In this document: in pieces, positions 53,689-64,000 of the stretch | Position numbering within the stretch: the stretch's first letter is position 1 | How the letters are laid out: each line of letters opens with the position of its first letter | Assembly: GCA_951406725.2 (NCBI GenBank) | Contig: OX597817.1 | Coordinates: 37,572,001 to 37,636,000 of the forward strand | Length of the DNA: 64,000 nt | From: Octopus vulgaris | Taxonomy: Eukaryota | Direction: 5' to 3' | Program-made: the position numbers and the translations under genes | Notes under the pieces: model-generated | The model's database searches: none | What the model saw: the letters and a program-made list of their open reading frames with translations, nothing else | What the model was told of the DNA's origin: nothing

Positions 53689-54289
53689 TGTGTGTGTGTG
53701 TGTAAATGTATGCTCATATATATATATATGTATATATATATACGTACATATGTATTTACATATATATATACATATACATAAATGTATATATGTATGAATA
53801 TATACATAATAAACGTAAATATAAATATATACACACACATACATACATACATATATATATGTTGTCTATGTATACAAATATCTTTATATGTGTGTTTATA
53901 TATGCACGCACGTGCGTGCTTGCGTGTGAGTATGTATGAAAGGCTGATTAAAGGAAGCCGTGGTTTTGATGACATAATCCTGCTTACATACGAATAAATG
54001 TATATCAGACTCTACACATTTCTAATAAAAGTGTATAAGTCGAAAACATTGTGATCATGTACACAAGCGAAAATCTATTTGGATATAATCTCAGACAAGC
54101 TAGAATTGTAGGGGTAAGATTATACTGATATACGCATACATAAAACAATAGAAGCGCAAGACCAATGGAAGCACGCGCGCACGCACACACACACACAGTG
54201 AACCGAATTATGTAAATTTTATATGCTGACGATAAACGTAAATATTTGGAGCGAGCGAGGTGTGTGAAAGTATACTTACTATCAAGAAC

Positions 54290-54721
54290 ATATACATATA
54301 TATACATACATATATATATACACACTCATATATATGTACACATATATAAACACATATATGCATACATATATAAACACATATATGCATACATATATACACA
54401 CATATATAAACACATATATATGCATACATATATATACACACATATGCATACATATATATACACATATATGCATACATATATACACATATATATGCATACA
54501 TATATATACACACATATATGCACACATATATATACACACATATATGCACATATATGCACATATATATACACATATATGCACATATATATACACATATATA
54601 TGCATATGTATATACAAATATATATGCATATATATACACACATGCATACATATACACACATGCATACATATATACACATATATGCATACATATATACACA
54701 TATATGCATACATACACACAT

Positions 54722-54756
<35 letters not shown>
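54290..54756. repeat. Compound (CA/TA/TGCA) purine-pyrimidine alternating array
   Basis: Direct inspection. Similar arrays at 26490-26850, 44090-44625, 45340-45605 and 57590-58045. Confidence 0.9.
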
Positions 54757-54757
<1 letters not shown>

Positions 54758-54788
54758 CATTAAGTTCCGCTAGTAAGTATTGGAGACA

Positions 54789-54846
<58 letters not shown>

Positions 54847-55787
54847 GCTTAAGAATGGTTTAGGTATAAAAATATGTTATAGAAATGCTTTCTCATGGCG
54901 AGCTCGTTCTGTATATTGCTCCAAATAGGTAGGAAATTGTACTCTATACTATTTCGAATAACTTTATCCAGCAATGACATAAAGAAAATCTGAATTGGGA
55001 AACAAAATTTGTCTTTTCGTTTTTCTTTCTTATCGTAAAAATCCGTCGTCCGGATTTGCATTCAATATCGTTCAACAAATATAACTCTTCAAATGCAAAA
55101 TACACATTTAAACATTAGATTAATAAGTTTAATAAGTTATTCAATCAGAGAAAAGCAAAATGCAAGCGTCGTGTTTTTTTAAGGGTAGGAAGAAGAAAAG
55201 AATCCTGTTTAATTCCATTCTAACGTCCACATTTAAATTCATTGTCAAAATGCATTCGTTTCATAATTTTAGATTATTCATAAAATATAATGAAATTTTT
55301 AGGCATTTTGAGGAATGTTTTGGTTTCGTTGTAAACTTTTTTCGTACAAGAATGCAAAATATTTCCTCTAGCTGCATTCAAACACTCTTAACACGGTTGA
55401 TTTCTTTTACTTTTATATTTATTGCCTTGTTATGCTGTTTTTAATTAATGTTTTTTGTTTTGTTTTGGGGGGGAGGTATTTTGTTTACAACCAAACATTT
55501 AAAAAAGAAAACTATTCAATAAATAAACATAAATTTTTGTGCGCGTGCACAGTTATAGGATTATGTCCGTTCGTTATGCTATATTATGTATTTATGTGTA
55601 TGCGTGTGTATGTATATGTATACATACCTACATATATATATTCATATATATGTAATACATGTGCATATGTATATATATATAAATATTTGTGTGCGTGTGT
55701 GTATACATATATATTCAAATATATGTAATACAGGTGCATATGTATGTGTATATATATATATATATAAATATTTGTGTGTGCGCGCGC

Positions 55788-55834
<47 letters not shown>

Positions 55835-57337
55835 ATTAATGACCTACTGCATGCTAACATTATGTAAATAAATGCGTAATATCATGGAGGTGAAGTGGAA
55901 GCCGCATAAATTTTGCGCAATGAAAACTGAATTTAAGAAAAAAAAATGGAGATATTTTTTAAATGATTCAAAAAATTATCGTAGAGTTAGAAAACAATAT
56001 TTTTCTCTACATGTTGAGCTTTAACCAAATACTTTCCTTCTGATTTTGTAAAAAAAAATTTGTAACATTTTCTGATAAAATTTTCCTTAATTTTTCTTTT
56101 TAATTTCTTTTTTTTTTTTTTTCGCTCCAGATTTTGCGCCTTTTTAACTCTTTTGTTGGAGAGTTTCGTTTTGCAATCTATTTTTCGTATATCATTTCAA
56201 ATAATTTTCTTTTTCTTTTAGTTTGCTTTCTCTCCCTCATTTTCTATTTACCTATATATCTGTCTATCTATCTCTCTTGTATTTCCCAAAAGTTTATGGC
56301 GATTTGATCTTTCTAAAACGCATATTTTTGTTTGTTCTTGATATTGTTATCTATATATTTTATTTTCTACCTGCTACTGTATTTTAACATTGTTATATTT
56401 GAGATATTCTTCGTGCGCATGTTTACCAAACGTTTGTTTATAAATGTTCAGTGTAATCATGAGAGGTGTTGAGCTGATGCAAGCATACATGTGTATCAGT
56501 GTGTGTTAGCGTGCGTGTGTGAGTGCGTGAGTGTGTGCGTATACGCATATGTGTGTTATATGCGAACACCACTAATGTCATAAGCTTATGTATATGTGCG
56601 CAAGTGCGAATGCACATAAAAACAGAACATGAATACATGTTTATATTTGGCTTAGATACGTAAACATATACATGCATGTATCGATATGTGTGTGTATATA
56701 TATATTTATATACATGCATAAGTATATGTGTGTTTGACTGTGTATACATCTAGGAAGAGAGGAAGTGAGATAATCAGATATATGTATAGATAGATATACA
56801 TATATGTTCATAAGTGTTTGTCTGAGCGTGGTACATGCAAATATCTAGACTCATATAGATTATGTAATGTCTACACAAGAAGCATATATATATATATTAT
56901 TAGAGTGAACCAATTTCAATTTACGGTTTTATTTTACAGAAGATTTCCTAAAAACTTTATTCTTCTAACCTCCAAAAATACAAGTAAAATAATTCTCAAA
57001 CGTTCAAACGCACATAGACATACTTATTCCCAACACCAATACAAACACACGCAAGAGCAGACGAACAGTCACAAAACACATAAGCATATATATATATATA
57101 TATATATATACTTATAAACATATATATACTTATAAACATATATATCTGTGTATGTATTGCTGAACTGAGGTTATTCTGAGTCGTTGCAGTAAATTATCGC
57201 AGCCTCACCACACTAGACATTCATTCTTTATACATTTATTTATTACTTTTACGCAGTGTAAGTATATATACATATATACACGTGTACATATACAGACATA
57301 TACACATATATCTACATATCTATACACATAGAACTAT

Positions 57338-57368
<31 letters not shown>

Positions 57369-57600
57369 CCCTTACACATCTGCATACACATATAAATTTA
57401 CTAATACATCTACATAGAAATGTGTCCGCACATTCATACATATATGCATATGAATTTATAATTTCACACGTATATAAGTCTATATATGTAAATATGTTTT
57501 TGTGTGTGTATACATATATATAAATATATACAATCTACATTTATTATAAATATATATATATATACACACTTACAAAGACACGCACACAAATATATATCTA

Positions 57601-57644
<44 letters not shown>

Positions 57645-57974
57645 TATTTATATATGTGTGTGTGTGTATCTATATATATATATACATGTATATATATAAG
57701 TATTTATATATGTGTGTGTGTATCTATATATATATACATGTATATATATATATGTATCTATATATATCTATATATGTATCTATATATATGTATATATGTA
57801 TCTATATATATCTATATATGTATCTATATATATGTATATATGTATCTATATATATGTATATATGTATCTATATATATGTATATATGTATCTATATATATC
57901 TATATATGTATCTATATATATGTATATATGTATCTATATATATGTATATATGTATCTATATATATGTATCTATA

Positions 57975-58044
<70 letters not shown>

Positions 58045-58556
58045 TATAGATATTTAAATATATATATATATAAACACGCAAATACATACACATATACCTA
58101 TATTTATCCTTCCTTTCCCACTCATTTTTTGCACATTACGTACTGAAGTTATTTCTATTTCTTTCTTTTCCTGAGGTTTAATTTTTTTTATATTTTTATT
58201 TTTTATTTTTTTTGTTGATGTTGTTCTTGATAATAAGTTGTTTTTTTTTCCCTATGAAATTCAATGAACTAACTCATTCTCAGAAGTTTGATCATTTCTT
58301 ATACTTTAACTAATTCTTGTCCCTCACATTAAGAGTAATAATAATAACAATAATAATAATGATAATAATAATAATGAGAATTATGAAAATGATGAAGATA
58401 AAGATAATAATGACGATTATATTGATAAAAAATTTTAAAATTATGAAAATAATGAAAAAAATAAACGCTTGGTGATTAAAATGTTTTTTACTCAAAATTT
58501 TTCTTGTCATTTTTTTGTTGTTGAAGATTTGTTTTTTCTAACGTACGCTCACACGG

Positions 58557-58612
<56 letters not shown>

Positions 58613-58940
58613 AGATTTTCATTCATATATATGTATGTGTGTTCAAACACAGATACATGTAAATGGTGTTAATATGAACGAAAAGAAAATCATTCAATAT
58701 TAATTAGAGTACATACTCTATAAGAAAAGATACATACATCATGACTAGAAATAATGTACTGTCAGTTACTCAGCTTTTTATCACAGCTGTTCATCAACAT
58801 CAGTGTCTTTATTTACTTATACATAAAAGCGATAATACTGATGTACAGCTGTGATACAAGACTGTGAAATTGAAACTGACAGTACTTCTTTTAAGCTTCG
58901 TGTATCTGGTCTCTCATATATATGTGTGTGTGTGTGTGTA

Positions 58941-59068
<128 letters not shown>

Positions 59069-59085
59069 GAACTATGCGCATATAT

Positions 59086-59113
59086 ATATATACGACAGGC
59101 TTCTTATACATAC

Positions 59114-59163
<50 letters not shown>

Positions 59164-59191
59164 GTATGTATAAGAAGCCTGTCGTATATAT
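59086..59191. repeat. Perfect 106-bp palindrome centred on (AT)n
   Basis: ACGACAGGCTTCTTATACATACATATTA-(TA)n-TAATATGTATGTATAAGAAGCCTGTCGT. Confidence 0.9.
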
Positions 59192-59406
59192 GTATATATG
59201 TGTGTCTGTGTTTGTACCCCTAGCATTGCTTGACAACCTATGCTGGTGTGTTTACGTCCCCGAAACTTAGCGGTTCGGCAAAAGAGACCGATAGTATAAG
59301 TACTAGGCTTACAAAGAATAAGTCCTGGGGTCGATTTGCTCGACTAAAGGCAGTGCTCCAGCATGGCCGCAGTCAAATGACTGAAACAAGTAACAGAGTA
59401 AAAGAG
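59172..59406 (+). mobile_element. SINE family B 3' half
   Basis: Runs from AAGAAGCCTGTCG to the tail. The head is replaced by a fold-back palindrome. Confidence 0.85.
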
Positions 59407-59409
59407 TAT

Positions 59410-59936
59410 ATATATATATAATATAGTATAAATTTGACATGGGCGATCGTTGTAGTCTTTCTTGTCTTGAGGTTCACAGCTAAACGGCTGGGTGGATTCG
59501 CGTGAATAATGGCACACATGTGGAATACGGTTTCTACTTTTTCTTAGCCCCCATACTTATCGATAAAATCGATTTAAACTTTTTCTAATGGAATTCCCGT
59601 TTGATCCCGCATGAAAACAACCATTTCGCTAGCAACAAGGGAAGTGCAGGATGACAGTCAGCCAAAACTTTCGCTCTCTTCTTTCACCAACTTGTGGCGT
59701 TAGGGTTAAATATTAAATCTTAATTTTTAGTTACAATTTCTCATCCAAACTATATAATAGGCAGAATTGTCGGATTAAGACAGTAGGGTGTTTTGAGGAA
59801 GATTTGGCTGATATTTCTACCAGGTCTAGCTACCATGTACTGGTCTGAACTTAATTTTCATTCACATATGCTTAACCGAAAACGATGACAGCCACATCAT
59901 CCAAACAGACCGGGTGAAACCGGGCTTAGCTGCTAG
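59410..59936 (+). mobile_element. Probable non-autonomous Helitron-like element
   Basis: 3' end has the imperfect GC hairpin CCGGGTGAAACCGGG followed by CTAG|T (59933-59937). The 5' part (aaacggctgggtggattcgcgtgaataatggcacacatg) resembles Helitron/HINE subterminal sequence. The 5' boundary is approximate. Confidence 0.5.
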
Positions 59937-60300
59937 TATATGTATATTTATACATTAATATATAATTTTAAAAATTTGGGGAATAATAAGTATTCCAGGT
60001 TGTCAGGACATTTACTATTTTACACTTTACTAATACAATGTAAACAGTATCATTTATAATATTATTATAAATTTGGAATTTTAGCAATAGAACCGCAACT
60101 TCTATTTCAAGACCACCTTATTGTCTGGAATACACATAGAATGTTATATCGTATATAATAATAAAATAATATAAGCATTTTAAAACCTACTATAAAGTAC
60201 AATAAAATTATTTTAGAAACTTATTTATAAAATATTTGAAAAATATATATATACCTTACCTGTTATTAGTCTGTGGAGAAAGAAAATATTTTTAATCAAC

Positions 60301-60378
60301 GCTACACGTGTTTCTGCGCTGGTGGTGTGTTTTTCCAGGCTATACCTATTACATAACTCCACCAGTGCGTCCCCAGGC
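60301..60378 (-). ncRNA. Decayed hammerhead motif in a putative inverted pLTR next to the PLE ORF remnant
   Basis: GC CUGGGGA C GCACUGGUGG [loop] CCACCAGCGC A GAAA CACGUG UA GC. Long stem II and palindromic CACGUG in stem III. Confidence 0.5.
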
Positions 60379-60404
60379 TATTTATCTTATTGTTATTATT
60401 ATTA

Positions 60405-60992
60405 ATGGATCAAAGTTAACTGCACTAATAGATCATCAGAAAATATAAAGAAAAAACTATACAAATTCTCTAAGAATTATGGTTTAAATATATTCGTAGA
60501 GAAAGAGCATTTCTGTGGTTAACTACCTAGACGCAAACCTAAACTTAGTAACGAATAGAACCCAACCATTCCATAAATTAAACGAGAACCTTAAGTACAT
60601 TAATGCCAGAGCAACTATCCTAGCTCGGTCAAAAAGGCACTGATAGAAAATATAGTTAAAAGAATTTCTATGTTATCCTCGGATATAGATACTTTCAATA
60701 AACATTCCCCTTACTATAATAGTGCATTAAAAGAAGCAGCATATAATACGAAAATTAAATTCTATAATAATTACGGACCCAACAATAATAATAGGAATCA
60801 TCCTAAAGCCCAAACCAAATATAGAAGTAATAGCAAGGATAATAATAAACAATATAAGGAAATAAATATAGATAATTATAATATACGTATAAATAATAAC
60901 AAAAATGATCATAGTAATGATAATACCAAAAATAATTCTAATGGAAATAAGCATAACTATTATATACCCAATGAACAATAATAATATGAATG

Positions 60993-61025
<33 letters not shown>

Positions 61026-61350
61026 GTAATATTAATAATAAGCATAAGGAAATTATATGGTTAATTATCCCTTATAGGGTCCAAATAAAAACTAACTTAA
61101 AGAAATTTTTAAATAGTAAAAACATCCTTTAAAAAGAACAAAACGTACTCGAAAATATTCTCAAAAAATAACCATCAGAGTGGGCTACTCCACAACAAGA
61201 AATGTTAGTAATATTATATCCTCAATAAACAATGTCAAATTAAATATATTCTATAATAACAATTTAACTAATATTAAGAATAGCTACGGAAGAAATATAA
61301 TAAATAAAAAATATAACCGTATTTTAAATAAATGTACATGTAAAGGTAAA
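60405..61350 (+). mobile_element. Penelope-like element (PLE) ORF remnant: C-terminal RT/thumb and linker, frameshifted
   Basis: Reading across frameshifts gives ENIKKKLYKFSKNYGLNI..VVNYLDANLNL..QPFHKLNENLKYINA..SNYPSSVKKALIENIVKRISMLSSDIDTFNKHSPYYNSALKEAAY, an Asn-rich insert, IIWLIIPY..KTNLKKFL, IRVGYSTTRNVSNIISSIN and KCTCK. These match the PLE FLD / YIxxxSNHP / IIWFNPPY / SYSCMxN / CNC pattern. Confidence 0.85.
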
Positions 61351-62722
61351 TCCAAACGTCTCACCCATTGGGCCATTGATCGATGATAACGGCATTCCCC
61401 AACACGATGCTAAAGAAATGGCAGAAATACTACTCTGCCTTTAGTGATCCCACTGATATTGACGTAAGAGAAGCGAACGAAGTTGACTCCCAACACAAAA
61501 TCTCAGACATAACCTTCACTGCCACTGACATCGTAGCGGGAATAAATAATACTATTCTGCTGTAGGCCCTGATAGATTCCCCGCTAGTCTCCTGAAGGAA
61601 TGTAGACACCAACTTGCAGTCCCTCTGACCAACCTCTGGAGAAATTCTTTAAACTTAGGTTATATACCGAAACAGCTCCTATCCAAGTCTGTCATCCCGG
61701 TCTTCAACCAGGGAAACAGATCCCTTGCAGTCAACTATCGCCCAATTTCACTCACCTCCCACATCATTAAAGTATTTGAAAGAGTGGTAAGGATAGCTGG
61801 CTTCCTGGAGATCCACAAGCTCTTTAATGCAAATCAGCATAGCTTCCACTGTGGTAGGAGACTGTCTAATACAGCTCTTATACCACATTGAGGATATACT
61901 TAAAGCCTTGGGAACAGGTACGAACTCTAATGTCATATATCTTGACTTCAGTAAAGTGTGCGACAGGGTTGACTATAATATCTTACTCTCAAAAATTGGC
62001 AAATGTTGGAATCCGTGGAAAACGTCTACACTAGATTGAGTATTTCCTGGCGAATAGAATACAACATGTTGTGGTCGATAAGGAGTCCACTTAAGCCCAG
62101 CAAAGGCCACCAGTGGGGTCCCTCTCAGGGAATGTATTGGGCCCGTTCCTCTTTATAATCTACATAAAGGACCTTTCCAGCGTCGTAAAACGCAAAGTGA
62201 AAATATTTGATGATGACACTAAGTTCCAGCAAATTATCAATAAAGAAGAAGACCGAACTCAACACCAGTCTGATCTATATGCTGTGAGTCAATGGGCAGA
62301 CAAAAACAAAATGCAACTGAACGAGGGAAACTTTGAGCTGATGTATTTTGGAAAAAAGTCTATACTAAAACATCCATACTCCCTTCCTTCAGGGTAACCC
62401 TCACAGCATCTAATAATACAAGAGACCTAGGAGTAGTTGTTGATAACAGTCTCGGTTGGAGTGCCCACATCAACAATAAGGTGGATATAGTCCGTAGGAT
62501 GAGCTCCTGAATCCTAGGAACCTACTGGTCCAGAGAATAAAGTGTCATCATTCCACTTTTCTCCTCCTTTGTACGGCCACACCTCGAATATTATTGCCCC
62601 CTGTGGTTACCCTATACAAAACAGAACATGTCGAAAATTGAATCACCCCAGAGTGCATTCACTGAAGGAATTAAGGGCATGACTGATCACGATTACTGGG
62701 ACCGCATTAAAGCCTTAAAACT
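61351..62722 (+). mobile_element. CR1/Jockey-group LINE reverse transcriptase pseudogene
   Basis: Disrupted frames give GPDRFPASLLKEC, VIPVFNQGNRSLAVNYRPISLTSHIIKVFE, VIYLDFSKVCDRVD, GNVLGPFLFIIYIKDL, IFDDDTK (degenerate FADD), RDLGVVVD and FVRPHLEYYCPLW. Multiple stops and frameshifts. Confidence 0.92.
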
Positions 62723-62839
62723 ATATATATATATATATATATAGACACATTATATATACACACATTATATATATATATATACACACATTATATATATACA
62801 CACATTATATATTTATAATATATACATATAATATATATA

Positions 62840-63004
62840 GGCGCAGGAGTGACTGTGTGGTAAGTAGCTTGTTTACCAACCACATGGTTCCGGGTTCAGT
62901 CCCACAGCGAGGCAACTTGAGCAAGTGTCTTCTACTCTAGCCTCGGTCCGACCAAAGCCTTGTGAGTGGATTTGGTAGACGGAAAGTGAAAGAAGCCCGT
63001 CGTA

Positions 63005-63080
<76 letters not shown>

Positions 63081-63269
63081 TGTTTGTACCCCTAGCATTG
63101 CTTGACAACCGATGCTGGTGTGTTTATGTCCCCGTTACTTAGCGGTTCGGCAAAAGAGACCGATAGAATAAGTACTGGGCTTACAAAAGAATAAGTCCCG
63201 GGGTCGAGTTGCTTGATTAAAGGTGGTGCTCCAGCATGGCCGCAGTCAAATGACTGAAACGAGTAAAAG
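62840..63269 (+). mobile_element. tRNA-derived SINE family B with internal (TA)n(TG)n microsatellite
   Basis: Head GGCGCAGGAGTGACTGTGTGGTAAG..GGGTTCAGTCCC, CORE-like CTTGAGCAAGT, internal microsatellite, tail ..GGCCGCAGTCAAATGACTGAAAC. Confidence 0.9.
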
Positions 63270-63374
63270 ATATATATATATATATAAAATATATCTATAT
63301 AATATATATACATTATATATAATATATACATATGATATATATAACATGTACATATATAATATATATACATACAA

Positions 63375-63443
<69 letters not shown>

Positions 63444-63465
63444 ATATAATATATTATATATACTC

Positions 63466-63736
63466 CTTTACTCTTACTTCTTTCAGTCATTTGACTGCGG
63501 CCATGCTAATGTGTTTATGTCCCCGTTAAGTTACGTGGACGTAAACACACCAGCATCTGTTGTCATGCGATGTTTGGGGACACACACAGACACACAAACA
63601 TATACACACACATATATATGACGGGTTTCTTTCAGTTTCCGTCTACCAAATCCACTCACATGGCTTTGGTCGGCCCGAGGCTATAGTAGAAGTCACTTGC
63701 CCAAGGTGCCATGCAATGGGACTGAACCTGGAACCT
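63466..63736 (-). mobile_element. SINE family B copy, rearranged, tail-to-tail with the 62840 copy
   Basis: Reverse-complement tail (63466-63507) and head/core (63615-63736). Confidence 0.8.
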
Positions 63737-64000
63737 TCACATAGACACAATAAAGTTCTTAGCAAAAATTCTATAAAATCAAACTCAATTTGTTTAAATG
63801 TTACAATCTCCTAAATCTTCCTCCGCATTAAAAAAAAAAACACATCATTCGAGCATAACATCATGAATGCAACTGCTGATACATACTAAGCTGTTCTCTT
63901 ACCGGAATATACTTGCCAAAGGTGCTGGGTGTTGACGTATAGTGCTGATGTTTAGGAATGACAAGAAACAACTTCAAAACTCGATATGCACAAAACATTC

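Overview
AT-rich, microsatellite-saturated animal genomic DNA. The SINE families and repeat landscape suggest an octopus or other coleoid cephalopod (inference). There is one 100-N assembly gap at 17934-18033. The only host gene I can support is the 3' part of a + strand tetraspanin: three coding exons at 27606-27751, 35970-36053 and 43923-43988, separated by ~8-kb introns, plus a possible extra phase-1/1 exon at 6750-6839. The rest is mobile DNA: several tRNA-derived SINE families, a young Tx1/L1-clade ORF2 next to (GATA)n, R4/Dong-like fragments next to (TAA)n, and mariner, Penelope-like, CR1-like and Helitron-like remnants. The most striking feature is a set of hammerhead-ribozyme-like motifs. 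Five minimal Penelope-type hammerheads are present, several with variant cores, along with some decayed ones. Three copies of an unusual motif (37876, 42609, 42974; - strand) contain every hammerhead core element in a non-standard, knotted order, supported by compensatory changes between copies and a possible kink-turn. (AT)n-centred fold-back inversions and long intronic hairpins also occur. All RNA structures were derived by eye and none was tested computationally or experimentally. Almost all ORFs in the supplied track are microsatellite artefacts.
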